Shown: positions 29,417 to 42,036, numbered from the stretch's first letter. The stretch: 64,000 nt of DNA from Gammaproteobacteria bacterium (GCA_947452065.1 CANGBB010000005.1:12820-76819), one strand, 5' to 3'. The notes: a model not told the origin generated them from the sequence alone. Translations and numbers: made by a program.

Positions 29417-32086
29417 TCAGTCCCGCCGCGGGGCGAGCACTTCGGCGCAGGCGCGGAAGCGCTCGACCAGTTCGGCGTAGCGGTCTTCCGGAACCGGCTC
29501 GGCGGCCAGCCATTCCAGTAACAGTGCCTGGCCGGCTGTGCCGGGCTGCTGACGGGACTGCCCCAGCCCCTTGAGCAGCTGCTGCATCTGCCATTCGCGT
29601 CGCAGCGACACATCAGAGTCGGGTGTCGGCCGGTCGGCCAGCAACTCGGCGCGGATACAGAGTTGGCGAAGGGCCGCGGCGTTGGCCGCCAGATCCGTCG
29701 ATGGTGGTGACTCCAGGGCCGCGCGCAACGCCTGCTCGGTGCCGCGAGGCCAGCCTGTGGTCGAATCCAGCAGGGCCGCCGCCGCCACTCGCCGTGATCC
29801 GATCTCATCGTCTGGCGCACCGGTGGCGACCGCCAGTCGGAAGCGTTGCACCGCCTCGGCCGCCACGAACAACTGCTCGCGGCCGCGCTGTAGCTCAGCC
29901 GCCTTCTGCTGCGCGAGCCGTGCGCGCACCCCATCAAAAGCCCGCTCCAGGCGATTGCGCAGCCCGCGGATTTCGCCGCGCGGCAGATCCTGAAGAGCGG
30001 CGAATCGCTCCTGTAGCGCAGTGATGCGAGTCAGTGCATCGCCCGGCTCGAGGGCCGGTTGTTCGAGCAATGATTCGGCTTCGGTGCACAGAGCCTGTGC
30101 CTGCTCGCGGTCAGCATTGGCGCGCGTGAGCAGTTCTGTTTGTTGCTCGTTGCGTTTGGCAAAGACCAGATCGCACTGTTCGCGGAAGGCCTGCCAGAGC
30201 GTCTGGTCCGTGCCGCGGTCGGCCGGTCCGGTCTGCTGCCAATCAGCCTGCAGACGCTTGATCTCCTCAGCTGCCGCACGGGCGTCGGGCTGCTGCGCCA
30301 GCGAAGTGGCGCGTGTGATCAGAGCCTGCTTGGCTTCGGCATGGCGGGCATACACCGATTCCAAGCGCGACTGCAGTGTGCGCATGGCGTCGTCGAAGGC
30401 CGTTTGCAGCGGCTTGTTCGCCGCGCGGTCCACGGGATGCAGCAACTGCCAAGCTTGGCGCGTGTTACGCAAACGTTGCGCCCAGCCGCGACAGTCCGGC
30501 TGCTCGGGATCCATCGCGCCGATGAACTGCTGCAGATCGGCCAGTACCGTTTGGCGTTGCTCCAGATTGGCTGCGCGCTGTGCTGCCAGCGCGGCAAAGT
30601 GTTCACGACAGGGCTCGTAAGCTTTCTGCGACGCCTCATGAAAGCGCTGCCACTCTGCCTGCGTGTCTTCGGTGCTGCCCTGGCTGACCAGTCGCCACTC
30701 GTCCTGCAAGCGATGGATTTCTTCAGCGAGATCCCCGGGAGGCATGTCGGCGCCCACCAACGCTTCCATCTGCGCGATCAGTTCGCCGCGCTTCGGTACG
30801 GCCACGAAGCGCCGCCAGTCCTGCAACTCGGCGAGTCGCGCGTCAAAGGCTTCCAGAGGACCGGCGAGACTGGCCGGCGTGGATCCGAGCTTTTGCAGGC
30901 GTTCGTCCAGCGAGCGGCGTATTCCTGCGGCTTCACGCGAGCGGCCGTCGGCAAGGGCGCGCTGCGCTTTGCGCAACAATCCGCCCATCTGACGAAGCGC
31001 ATTGGCTTGTGCTTCCCGCGCAGTGGCTTGTGTCTCGTCCCATGCCTGCAGTGCCGCAGCCGCTTCCTGCAGTGCCGGCGGATCGTTCCCTTCCAGCAAG
31101 GAGCGGTGTGTGAGGGCCGCGCGCAGTGCTGCGGCGCCGGCTTCATCGATGGTGGCCGAGTGCGTCGTGACATTGCCGTGCAGAGTGTTCCATTCGATCA
31201 GTGCTGCGACAGCCTTGCGCAATTGGCCAAAACGGCGGGCATCGTCGGTTGAAGGCAAGCGGATCTGCTGCAATGTCTCCCAGCGCGCGGTGCTCGAGGC
31301 CAGAGTCGCGGCGGCATCAATGGCGGTGCCGGCATAAAGAGAACTGAGCAGTGTTTGCAGATCTGCGAGCAGGGCGCGCTGATTTGCAGTGGCCTGCTCC
31401 AGTGCCGCAAGACGCGCGGCTTCCGCGGCGATCTGCTGCTGGTGTTGCGCCACGATGGTGACGCAGCGCTCGATTGCTGTATCGGCTCGCGCGCGAAGAT
31501 TCTCCGGTGCACTGACCGAGATCACGCGCCATTGGCCGCTGAGGTGTTCGACGGCCGCCGCATAACCCTCGCTCCAAGGCTGGTGCACCTGACGTTCGAG
31601 TGTTGCGCACAGCGACTGCATGGCGGCCAGTGCTTCAGCTGCCTGCTTCTCGCGCGCATGCAGTGCGTCGCGACGTTCCTTGGCGATTCGGTAGACGGTA
31701 TTGTCATGGCCGCGCGCGCCCTTGAGGAGCTGTGCCAGTAGGTCAGGTTCGTGAACTTGCGCGGCCGCCAGTCGACGGATGGTGGGCGAGGCTGATTCAA
31801 CGGCCAGTGCCGCGCAAGCAGACTGTGATCCGGCACGCTCAAGCGTTGCGGCAACCAGACCGGGATCGGCTTCGAGCAGACGACCGAGTTGAAGCTGCGC
31901 AGCGCGACGTACCGAAGCCGGGGCCGTGGAAGGCGCACCGAGCCCGGCGAGCTGTAGCAGCTGCTCACCATATTCGAGCTGAGCGGCAAGTTCTTCCGCT
32001 GTCGGTTCGACGGCGGCAACGGCGGACGCATCGGTAGACGAATTGCGGCCAGGCGCCGAACCAAATATCCGCGACAGAAACGACAT
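29417..32086 (-). CDS. DUF349 domain-containing protein (889 aa, repetitive alpha-helical)
   Basis: Reiterated helical units with W(Q/E)xF spacing, e.g. AEWQRFHEASQKAYEPCREHF and TLWQAFREQCDLVFAKRNEQ, typical of DUF349. Confidence 0.75.
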   Translation of the reverse strand: MSFLSRIFGSAPGRNSSTDASAVAAVEPTAEELAAQLEYGEQLLQLAGLGAPSTAPASVRRAAQLQLGRLLEADPGLVAATLERAGSQSACAALAVESASPTIRRLAAAQVHEPDLLAQLLKGARGHDNTVYRIAKERRDALHAREKQAAEALAAMQSLCATLERQVHQPWSEGYAAAVEHLSGQWRVISVSAPENLRARADTAIERCVTIVAQHQQQIAAEAARLAALEQATANQRALLADLQTLLSSLYAGTAIDAAATLASSTARWETLQQIRLPSTDDARRFGQLRKAVAALIEWNTLHGNVTTHSATIDEAGAAALRAALTHRSLLEGNDPPALQEAAAALQAWDETQATAREAQANALRQMGGLLRKAQRALADGRSREAAGIRRSLDERLQKLGSTPASLAGPLEAFDARLAELQDWRRFVAVPKRGELIAQMEALVGADMPPGDLAEEIHRLQDEWRLVSQGSTEDTQAEWQRFHEASQKAYEPCREHFAALAAQRAANLEQRQTVLADLQQFIGAMDPEQPDCRGWAQRLRNTRQAWQLLHPVDRAANKPLQTAFDDAMRTLQSRLESVYARHAEAKQALITRATSLAQQPDARAAAEEIKRLQADWQQTGPADRGTDQTLWQAFREQCDLVFAKRNEQQTELLTRANADREQAQALCTEAESLLEQPALEPGDALTRITALQERFAALQDLPRGEIRGLRNRLERAFDGVRARLAQQKAAELQRGREQLFVAAEAVQRFRLAVATGAPDDEIGSRRVAAAALLDSTTGWPRGTEQALRAALESPPSTDLAANAAALRQLCIRAELLADRPTPDSDVSLRREWQMQQLLKGLGQSRQQPGTAGQALLLEWLAAEPVPEDRYAELVERFRACAEVLAPRRD

Positions 32087-32202
32087 GGGAGCCTCAGAGT
32101 GCCTTTGAATCTTCTGAAGCTAGTCTAGCCGACGCACGCCCTCCCAGTCCTGCCGGCACGACGAGTGCGTCGCCGTGCCGACTCTGCGTCGATTCGCGGG
32201 AG

Positions 32203-33789
32203 TTATGCCGCAGCGCTGGCCTGCGCTGATGAAGCAGGGGTGCGGATCAGATGATCGAAGGCGCTCAGTGCGGCTTTGGAGCCCTCACCCATCGCTATGA
32301 TGATCTGCTTGTACGGTGCCGTGGTGGCGTCTCCTGCGGCGAACACGCCCGGGAGTGAGGTGCTGCCGCGTGCATCGACCTCGATTTCGCCGCGCGAATT
32401 CAGTGCCACCGTATCTTTCAGCCAGTCGGTGTTAGGCAGCAGGCCAATCTGCACGAAGATGCCCTCCAGCGCCAAGCGATGCTCGTCGCCGCTGCCACGA
32501 TCCCGGTACAGCAATGCGCTGACCTTGCCGTCCGTGCCTTCGACGCGAGTCGTCTGGGCCGAGAGGATCACGCGCACATTAGGCAGGCTGTGCAGGCGCT
32601 GCTGCAGAACCTGATCCGCACGCAGGCGGCCATCAAACTCCAGCAGCGTTACTTCGCTGGCGATGCCGGCGAGATCGATAGCAGCCTCGACACCGGAATT
32701 ACCGCCGCCGATCACTGCGACGCGCCGACCTTTGAACAGTGGGCCATCGCAATGCGGGCAGTAAGCCACGCCCCGGCCGCGATACTCGCGTTCGCCCGGC
32801 ACGTTCATCTCGCGCCAGCGCGCACCGGTGGCCAGTACGACGCTGCGGCTTTTCACGCTGCCGCCACCGGCCAATTGCACTGTGAGTAATCCGTCATCAC
32901 CGGCAGGCAGTAGCGCCTCGGCGCGCTGCGCATTCATGATGTCGACTTCGTAAGTGCGGACATGCGACTCCAGCGCCGCCGCCAGCTTCGGGCCTTCGGT
33001 TTCCTTCACGGAGATGAAGTTCTCGATGCCCATGGTGTCCAGTACCTGGCCACCAAAACGTTCAGCGACAACACCGGTCCTCACGCCCTTGCGTGCGGCA
33101 TAAATGGCCGCCGCTGCGCCGGCCGGACCACCACCTACCACCAATACGTCGAAAGGATCCTTGGCGCTGATGGTCGCGGCAGCACGCGTTGCACTGCCGG
33201 TATCGAGTTTGGCGAGGATCTCCTCCACCGCCATGCGACCCTGACCGAAGGGCGCGCCGTTCAGATACACCGACGGCACCGCCATGATTTGGCGCGCCTC
33301 GACCTCGCTCTGGAACAAGGCGCCGTCGATCGTGGTCACGCGTATGGCCGGGTTGAGCACAGCCATTACGTTGAGCGCCTGCACAACTTCCGGGCAGTTC
33401 TGGCAGGTGAGGGAAATATAGGCTTCGAAGCGGAAATCGCCATGTAGTGCGCGGATTTGCGCGGCAGTGGCTTCATCCACCTTCGGGGGCATTCCACCAA
33501 CCTGCAGCAGCGCGAGGACGAGTGAACTGAATTCGTGACCCATCGGCACGCCGGCAAAACGGATGCCAGGTTCGCTGCCGGTGCGACCGATGGTGAATGA
33601 GGGGCGACGCTCGTCGCCCGTGTTGCCGGCACGCACCGTGATCAGCGGCGTCAGGCTCGACAGTTCCTGCAGCAGCGCATCCAGTTCGCGCGCGGCTTCG
33701 CTGTCATCGAGATCGGCAACGATGTCGATCGTCTCCGTCAATGACTGAAAGTACGACTGCAGTTGCTGTGTGATTGCGCTGTCGAGCAT
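32203..33789 (-). CDS. ahpF: Alkyl hydroperoxide reductase subunit F
   Basis: [15 protein letters not shown]-terminus, CQNCP and CPHCDG redox centres, [20 protein letters not shown] motif. Lies directly downstream of ahpC. Confidence 0.95.
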   Translation of the reverse strand: MLDSAITQQLQSYFQSLTETIDIVADLDDSEAARELDALLQELSSLTPLITVRAGNTGDERRPSFTIGRTGSEPGIRFAGVPMGHEFSSLVLALLQVGGMPPKVDEATAAQIRALHGDFRFEAYISLTCQNCPEVVQALNVMAVLNPAIRVTTIDGALFQSEVEARQIMAVPSVYLNGAPFGQGRMAVEEILAKLDTGSATRAAATISAKDPFDVLVVGGGPAGAAAAIYAARKGVRTGVVAERFGGQVLDTMGIENFISVKETEGPKLAAALESHVRTYEVDIMNAQRAEALLPAGDDGLLTVQLAGGGSVKSRSVVLATGARWREMNVPGEREYRGRGVAYCPHCDGPLFKGRRVAVIGGGNSGVEAAIDLAGIASEVTLLEFDGRLRADQVLQQRLHSLPNVRVILSAQTTRVEGTDGKVSALLYRDRGSGDEHRLALEGIFVQIGLLPNTDWLKDTVALNSRGEIEVDARGSTSLPGVFAAGDATTAPYKQIIIAMGEGSKAALSAFDHLIRTPASSAQASAAA

Positions 33790-33823
33790 GGGGATGTGGT
33801 CCTTAGTCCATCCGGCATCAGGA

Positions 33824-33857
33824 AACGCCGGGGCGTGTTGTTCTCCGCCCCGGCGTT
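33824..33857 (-). terminator. Inter-cistronic hairpin between ahpC and ahpF (partial terminator/attenuator)
   Basis: Perfect 12-bp stem AACGCCGGGGCG pairs with CGCCCCGGCGTT, 10-nt loop. On the minus strand it is followed by TTCCTGAT. Confidence 0.6.
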
Positions 33858-33875
33858 GGATCGTCGAAGTCGGCC

Positions 33876-34439
33876 TCAGATCTTGCCGACCAGGTCCAGC
33901 GAAGGCGCCAGAGTCTTGGCACCTGGCGTCCACTTGGCCGGGCACACTTCACCCGGGTGTGAAGCCACGTACTGTGCAGCCTGCACCTTGCGCAGCAGTT
34001 CGCGGGCGTCGCGGCCGATGCCGTTGTCATTGACTTCGGCGATCTTGATCATGCCTTCCGGGTTCACCACGAAGGTGCCCCGCAGCGCCAGGCCGGCGGC
34101 CTCGATCAGTACATCGAAGTTGCGGCTGAGCGTGTGGTTCGCATCACCGAGCATCACGTACTTGATCTTCTTGATGGTGTCAGAGGCATCGTGCCACGCC
34201 TTGTGCGTGAAATGGGTGTCGGTCGACACGCTGTAGACTTCCACGCCCAGCTTCTGGAACTCCGGGTACAGATCGGCGACGTCGCCCAGTTCGGTGGGGC
34301 AGACGAAGGTGAAGTCGGCGGGGTAGAAAAAGAAAACGGCCCACTTGCCGCGCACGTCGGCATCACTCACTTCGACAAACTTGCCGTTGTGGTACGCGGT
34401 TGTCTTGAAGGGCTTAATAGGCGTGTTAACCAAACTCAT
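33876..34439 (-). CDS. ahpC: Peroxiredoxin AhpC
   Basis: [16 protein letters not shown] peroxidatic Cys motif and the C-terminal resolving Cys context EVCPAKW. Confidence 0.97.
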   Translation of the reverse strand: MSLVNTPIKPFKTTAYHNGKFVEVSDADVRGKWAVFFFYPADFTFVCPTELGDVADLYPEFQKLGVEVYSVSTDTHFTHKAWHDASDTIKKIKYVMLGDANHTLSRNFDVLIEAAGLALRGTFVVNPEGMIKIAEVNDNGIGRDARELLRKVQAAQYVASHPGEVCPAKWTPGAKTLAPSLDLVGKI

Positions 34440-34534
34440 TACGATGTACTCCTTGCGATGAGACGAGTCTTGCTCGTTCCAGACAGGATATGTCGCCCGG
34501 GCCTAATCTGGAAATTGATTGAGTGATTGCGACC

Positions 34535-34555
34535 GATTGATGAAATCTATCAATC
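34535..34555. promoter_or_regulatory. Inverted repeat upstream of ahpC (candidate OxyR-type operator)
   Basis: GATTGAT-N7-ATCAATC perfect dyad about 100 nt upstream of the ahpC start. The ATyGnT-N7-AnCrAT geometry recalls LysR/OxyR half-sites. Confidence 0.4.
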
Positions 34556-34608
34556 TCGCGCCCGCTGACAGGTCTGTACGGCGGTGCCCCGGTCGGGCCG
34601 CCGCAGGC

Positions 34609-34643
34609 AAAAAAAAGCCCCGGAGACACAGGTCTCCGGGGCT
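34609..34643 (-). terminator. Rho-independent terminator of icd
   Basis: Minus strand reads GCCCCGGAGAC-ctgtg-GTCTCCGGGGC followed by T8. Confidence 0.9.
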
Positions 34644-34666
34644 GCGATGGTTGAATGTGCGGTGGC

Positions 34667-36967
<2,301 letters not shown>

Positions 36968-37038
36968 TCAATGCATTAGGCCCGGCGTGATGCCGCGTCG
37001 GCCCGAGGCCCTGTATTTGCCCTATGATGCGGCCCCCC

Positions 37039-37395
37039 ATGGATGTCTTTCGTATATTCACAGTCGAGGCCGCACACCGCTTGCCGCAGGTGCCGCCGGG
37101 GCATAAGTGCGCGCGGCTGCACGGGCATTCGTTCCGCATTGAGCTGCATGTGCGCGGACCCGTTGAGGAGCAAAGCGGCTGGGTCATGGACTTTGCCGAC
37201 ATCAAAAGCGCCTTCCAGCCCACCTATGACCGGCTCGATCACCATTACCTGAACGACATTCCCGGCCTCGAGAATCCGACCAGCGAGAATCTGGCGCGGT
37301 GGATCTGGCGCGAGCTGCAGCCGCTGCTGCCCGGGCTGGCCAAAGTGGTGGTGCATGAAACCTGCACCAGCGGCTGCGCCTACGCCGGGGACTGA
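37039..37395 (+). CDS. queD: 6-carboxy-5,6,7,8-tetrahydropterin synthase
   Basis: [19 protein letters not shown] and DHHYLND motifs of the PTPS/QueD family. Confidence 0.9.
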   Translation: MDVFRIFTVEAAHRLPQVPPGHKCARLHGHSFRIELHVRGPVEEQSGWVMDFADIKSAFQPTYDRLDHHYLNDIPGLENPTSENLARWIWRELQPLLPGLAKVVVHETCTSGCAYAGD

Positions 37396-37407
37396 GGCCT
37401 GAGGGCG

Positions 37408-38070
37408 TCAGTCCATCCGTCGCGCGGTCAGGATCTTCACCGGCTTCGCCAGCATTTGTCCGCGTAACCCTTCTGGACCCAGCGCTGCGTCAATGGGCTG
37501 CTCCAGCAGCGCATGCACCACATCCATGCCTTCGGTGATGCGGCCAAAAACGGCGTAGCCGGCATCTTCCGCCTGGCCGGTGGCCGCGTCGGCTGGTTTT
37601 GCGTCGAGCGACGAGAGATCGCCGATGACGATGAAGAAATCGCCGGTGGCCGTGCCCACGCCCGCGCGCGCCATGGAGATGGCACCGTCGGTGTGGCTCA
37701 GTCCGGTAGTCAGAGTGGATTCATGAGCGATTGGCTTCAGCACGCGTTTCGGATCGCCGCGGGTGCCGGCCTGCACCAGACCGAGATCGCTCCGTCCTTC
37801 CAGCTTTAACGCCCGATAGAACGTCGTGCCGTCGAGACGCTTCTGGTCGACGTAGCGCAGGAAGTTGGCCGCCGTGAGGGGCGCGTGTTCCCTGTCGATG
37901 GTCAGGATGATCGGGCCCAGTTCAGTCTGCAGCCGCACGGCGACCGTGGCGGAGGCTGTAGCAGCCTTTGTCGCCGCTACGGGTGCAGGAGTGGGTTCGG
38001 AGGGGCTCTGCATGGCCGACACAGTGCCCGAGCAGAGGAACATGGTGAGACATATACAGCGTCGCAGCAT
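37408..38070 (-). CDS. ppiA: Periplasmic cyclophilin-type peptidyl-prolyl isomerase
   Basis: Signal peptide, then FYRA, AMARAG, DFFIVIGD and YAVFGRITEGMDVV cyclophilin motifs. Confidence 0.88.
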   Translation of the reverse strand: MLRRCICLTMFLCSGTVSAMQSPSEPTPAPVAATKAATASATVAVRLQTELGPIILTIDREHAPLTAANFLRYVDQKRLDGTTFYRALKLEGRSDLGLVQAGTRGDPKRVLKPIAHESTLTTGLSHTDGAISMARAGVGTATGDFFIVIGDLSSLDAKPADAATGQAEDAGYAVFGRITEGMDVVHALLEQPIDAALGPEGLRGQMLAKPVKILTARRMD

Positions 38071-38161
38071 GGCGACATTCTATGCCCAATCCTCGATCAG
38101 CCGTTGAGTGGCTGTGCTCGGTGCCGGTGTGGCGTTTGTCGGCCGCGCACCCGACAATCAC

Positions 38162-38929
38162 ATGATGTATCCGCCCATGACATCCGTGAAGGCATTGGTC
38201 GCGCAGATTGGCGCAGTAGTGCTGCTGCTGGGGATGATTCGTTTCACCGGGCTGGACCCCGCGCCGCTGGCGCTCGCGGCCATGCAGGCCGTGCTGGCAG
38301 CGACGCTGGCCTTGCTGATGCGCAGCGATCGCTGGTGGTTGCTGCTGCACCTGTGTTTTGTACCCGCTATCGTCCTGACGCTGCGCATCGGCGCGCCGGC
38401 CTGGGCGTATGTGTTGCTGCTCGGCCTATTGCTGCTCACCTATGGCGCAATCTTTCGTACTCAGGTGCCGCTGTTTCTCTCCAACTCAGCGACGGTCGAG
38501 CGTCTGGCGCTTTGGCTCGAAGATCACGCCGCGAAACACATTCTTGATGTAGGCAGTGGGACGGGCCGGTTTGCGTTGCTCTTGGCACGTCGACTGCAGA
38601 GCAGTCATGTCACCGGTTACGAGCAGGCCTTTCTGCCAGCGCTGCTCGGGCGCATCGCGGCGCGGCGCCGGGACACTGCGCTGCTGCGGCACGGAGATTT
38701 CTGGTCTCAGCACTTTGGTCCTTACGATGTGGTCTACGCCTTTCTCTCGCCGGTACCGATGCTGCGGCTGTGGCACAAGGCCAGCGCTGAGATGCGGCCG
38801 CAGAGCTGGCTGGTCAGCAACAGTTTCCCGGTGCCGGGACGCATGGCTGACGAGGTCATCGAGGTGGATGATGCGCGTCGCACGCGGCTTTATTGCTATC
38901 GCATCACCGGTCAGTCGGAGGAGCGCTGA
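38162..38929 (+). CDS. Membrane-anchored class I SAM-dependent methyltransferase
   Basis: Three to four N-terminal TM helices, then motif I ILDVGSGTGRFALLLARR. Start is ambiguous among 38108 (GTG), 38162 and 38177. Confidence 0.7.
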   Translation: MMYPPMTSVKALVAQIGAVVLLLGMIRFTGLDPAPLALAAMQAVLAATLALLMRSDRWWLLLHLCFVPAIVLTLRIGAPAWAYVLLLGLLLLTYGAIFRTQVPLFLSNSATVERLALWLEDHAAKHILDVGSGTGRFALLLARRLQSSHVTGYEQAFLPALLGRIAARRRDTALLRHGDFWSQHFGPYDVVYAFLSPVPMLRLWHKASAEMRPQSWLVSNSFPVPGRMADEVIEVDDARRTRLYCYRITGQSEER

Positions 38930-39729
38930 TGTGCCTGCTGGCGATGGCTTGGCGTGCGCACGCGGATTTTCCGCTGCTGGTCGTAGCCAATCGTGATGAG
39001 GCCTATGACCGGCCAACGGCAATCATGCGCGAATGGGACGATGCGCCCGGCATCTACGGTGGTCGTGATCTGCGCGAGGGTGGCAGTTGGCTGGCCTTGT
39101 CTCGCACCGGACGCTTTGCAGCCGTCACCAATGTGCGCGAGCCGTCGCCGCCCACACAGCCGCGCTCGCGCGGAGAGCTGGTGCGAGAATTTTTGCTCAC
39201 TGAAGGCAGTGCCACGGCGGAGGCGCTGCGCGCGGCCGATCAGGGCGCCGAGTTCCGGCCTTTCAATCTGATTCTGTGGGATGGTCACGAGCTGGTACAC
39301 GCCACCAATCGACCGCACCCTGGGCGCCTGATATTCAATAGTGGCGTGCATGGAGTGTCCAACGGACATGTGAGCGAGCGCTGGCCGAAGGTGCGTTGGG
39401 CCGTGGACAGTCTGCACCGCTGGATGGCCGCGCTGCCCGCCGGTGAACTGGAGCCGGATGTAGCGCCATTGTTCGCGGCCATGGCCAGTGAACAGCGGGC
39501 TCATCCGGCGCAGTTGCCGCAGACGGGCGTAGGTCCGGAGTTGGAGCTGCGGTTGTCTGCGCCCTTTATTCGCGGCGATGTCTACGGTACGCGAGCCACC
39601 ACTGTGGTGATGGTGCGGCGGGATGGCGTAGCTACTTTGATTGAACGCAGCTTCAATCCAGGCGGCACCTTGCGCGAGGAGAGTCGCCTGACTGTGCAGC
39701 TGGAGCGGAGCGCGGTGCGCGGCAACTAG
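38929..39729 (+). CDS. NRDE-family protein (TANGO2/DUF833-like)
   Basis: MCLLAMAW...LLVVANRDE N-terminus defines the family. The ATG overlaps the upstream stop (TGATG). Confidence 0.85.
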   Translation: MCLLAMAWRAHADFPLLVVANRDEAYDRPTAIMREWDDAPGIYGGRDLREGGSWLALSRTGRFAAVTNVREPSPPTQPRSRGELVREFLLTEGSATAEALRAADQGAEFRPFNLILWDGHELVHATNRPHPGRLIFNSGVHGVSNGHVSERWPKVRWAVDSLHRWMAALPAGELEPDVAPLFAAMASEQRAHPAQLPQTGVGPELELRLSAPFIRGDVYGTRATTVVMVRRDGVATLIERSFNPGGTLREESRLTVQLERSAVRGN

Positions 39730-40529
39730 CTGGTGCTCTCCGCGCTGTAGCGCGCCAGCAGACCGGTTCGCACCGCATGACGATAGATGCGCCGGAATCC
39801 CCAGCTGGCCAGCAGTACCTGCAGGATCGCAATCGCGCCGCCGTAGAGCAGCGGACGTGCATCATGCGGACCGCCGGCGAGCAGCGCGCGCATGCCCTCG
39901 AAAACATAGGAGGGCGGCAGTGCGGCAGAGACGGCTTGCATCCACGTCGGTAGCGTGGACAGTGGATAGAACACACCGGCGAAGGGTGCGAGCAGCGCGG
40001 GGATCGGCCATACCAGCCATTCGGAAGCGGGTCCGAGTCGCAGCACCGTGCCGGTGGCGATGATTCCCAGTGCGATACCGAAGAGGAACAGCACCAGCAG
40101 ATAGGGGATCAGCCAGACACCGAGCGCGACGAACTGCAGGTCGAAGATCGTGGTGGCCAGCAGCAGCATCGCTGTCAGGCCCAGCAGGCTGGTGCAGACG
40201 CTGGTCAGTACCAGCCCGCTGACATACTCAGCGGTACTGAGTGGTGTCGCGAACAGGTTGAGGAAGTTGCGCGACCACACATCTTCGAAGAAGGCCATCG
40301 TCACGCCTTGCATGACGCGCGTGAAGAAATCCCAGAACAGCACGGCGCCCAGCAGGCGCGGAACGAAGTCCATGCCGCCCGTGCCCACGCTGTTCAGATA
40401 GCGAGTGATGAAACCCCACAGCACGATGTCGATCGCGACCCAGGCAAACATCGGCAGGATGCGCGCCGGGCTGCCGCGCATCAGATAGAACTGCCGCAGC
40501 GCGATGGCCAGAATGGGACGTAGCTTCAT
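39726..40529 (-). CDS. ABC-2 type transporter permease
   Basis: Six predicted TM helices with ABC-2 architecture. ATGA overlap with the upstream ATPase gene. Confidence 0.85.
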   Translation of the reverse strand: MKLRPILAIALRQFYLMRGSPARILPMFAWVAIDIVLWGFITRYLNSVGTGGMDFVPRLLGAVLFWDFFTRVMQGVTMAFFEDVWSRNFLNLFATPLSTAEYVSGLVLTSVCTSLLGLTAMLLLATTIFDLQFVALGVWLIPYLLVLFLFGIALGIIATGTVLRLGPASEWLVWPIPALLAPFAGVFYPLSTLPTWMQAVSAALPPSYVFEGMRALLAGGPHDARPLLYGGAIAILQVLLASWGFRRIYRHAVRTGLLARYSAESTS

Positions 40530-41275
40530 GGCGTCACCTCCGTCAAACCCAGCGGCTCGCGGGCGATGCGGATGAACAGGTCCTCAAGATTGGCGGCGCC
40601 ATGTTGCGCGGGCAGCTGGCGCGGATCACCCTCCAGCAGGATGCGTCCGCGCGAGAGGAACAACACGCGGTCGCAGACCGCTTCCACTTCATACATGTTG
40701 TGCGAGGTCCAGAGGATGCCGCACCGTTCGCGTCGTGCAATGTCGCGGATGGTGGCGCGCACGGCTTGTGCTGCAGAGGGGTCCAGTGACGCGGTGGGTT
40801 CATCCAGCAGCAGCAGACTGGGGTGATTCAGCAAAGCCTTGGCGATGCTGACGCGCGACTGTTCCCCGGATGACAGTACGCCACAGCGCGTATCACGGAA
40901 ACGAATCAGGTCGAATTGCTCCAGCAGTTCTTCGATCCGATGACGCAGTCGGCGCACGCCGTAGACCAGCCCGAAGACGCGCAGGTTTTCTTGCACGGTT
41001 AGATTGCCGGGCAACGTGGCGTAGACGGCTGCGAAATTCGTGCGTGCCAGTGCTGCGCGGCGCTGCGTGTCGATGTCCAATCCCTCAATGGCGACGCTGC
41101 CGCTGTCCGGTGCCAGCAGCCCGAGGATCATGTTCAGGGTGGTGGTCTTGCCGGCCCCATTGGGCCCCAGCAGCCCGACGATCTCGCCATGCGCCACATG
41201 AAAGCTGACGTCAGCGACGGCGCGTACGCCGGCGTATTGCTTGCAAAGAGCGTCGACTTGCAGTGCGGCGGACAT
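40526..41275 (-). CDS. ABC transporter ATP-binding protein
   Basis: Walker A GPNGAGKTT, signature LSSGEQ, Walker B LLLLDEP. Confidence 0.93.
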   Translation of the reverse strand: MSAALQVDALCKQYAGVRAVADVSFHVAHGEIVGLLGPNGAGKTTTLNMILGLLAPDSGSVAIEGLDIDTQRRAALARTNFAAVYATLPGNLTVQENLRVFGLVYGVRRLRHRIEELLEQFDLIRFRDTRCGVLSSGEQSRVSIAKALLNHPSLLLLDEPTASLDPSAAQAVRATIRDIARRERCGILWTSHNMYEVEAVCDRVLFLSRGRILLEGDPRQLPAQHGAANLEDLFIRIAREPLGLTEVTP

Positions 41276-41369
41276 GGATCTTTGGCCTTATCAGTCAGGG
41301 TAACTACGCATGTGGAAGGATTCGTCTGGCGCGGAGAATAGAGCAGTATCAATGCAAATGGGGCATTCC

Positions 41370-41858
41370 ATGATCAAGCAGGTAGGCGGCGACATTCTTT
41401 TGAGCAAGGCGCGTGTGATCGCGCACGGCGTTGCGCCCAACGATGATCATGCGCAGGGACTGGCACATTCGCTGCGTGAGTACGCACCGGCGATGTACAA
41501 GGACTTCAGGCACTACTGCAAGACGCAGCATCCGCAGGCGGGCTCGATCTGGACTTGGGCCGGGGCGGGCGGGCAGCAGCTGGTGGCATTGTTCACGCAG
41601 GAGTCGGCCTACCACCCTGGCGAGCGTCCGGGACGGGCCTCGCTGAGCCACGTCAGTCATGCCCTGCATGCTCTGCGTCAGTTCATCGAACGGGAGAAAC
41701 CCTCCAGCGTGGCGCTGCCGCGACTGGCCACCGGCGTCGGCGGGTTGACCTGGGAGGAGGTTCTGCCTGTGATCCACAGGCAGCTTGGCGATGCCGGTAT
41801 CCCGGTCATCGTCTACTCGACCTTTCATGCCGGCGTGGCAGCGGCCGAGGGGCTGTAA
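41370..41858 (+). CDS. Stand-alone macro domain protein (ADP-ribose binding/hydrolase family)
   Basis: MIKQVGGDILLSKARVIAHGV and LPRLATGVGGL match macro-domain core motifs. Alternative starts at 41352 and 41358. Confidence 0.7.
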   Translation: MIKQVGGDILLSKARVIAHGVAPNDDHAQGLAHSLREYAPAMYKDFRHYCKTQHPQAGSIWTWAGAGGQQLVALFTQESAYHPGERPGRASLSHVSHALHALRQFIEREKPSSVALPRLATGVGGLTWEEVLPVIHRQLGDAGIPVIVYSTFHAGVAAAEGL

Positions 41859-42036
41859 TGTCGCCGCAGCGCCTTAGAACCAGGCGCTGATCCAAAGGCC
41901 GATGCCGGCCAGCGGCGTGGTGTGCAATGCAGGGTCGCGCTGCATTGAAGCCGCCGTTTGGAGGCGTCGCCATCGGCGCTATTCCGGCCTACAATCCGGC
42001 TACCAACCATCCACATCAACAACTGGGGGCAATGCC

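Noticed and set aside
38583-38598. TGGCACG-N4-CTGCA sigma54-like string.
   Set aside because: It lies inside the methyltransferase coding sequence, about 330 nt from the next start, and the -12 element is imperfect. It is probably fortuitous.
41370-41858. Macro-domain protein as a DarG-like antitoxin or defence component.
   Set aside because: It is only about 160 aa, with no adjacent DarT-like or other toxin gene. The neighbours are an ABC exporter and a hydrolase.
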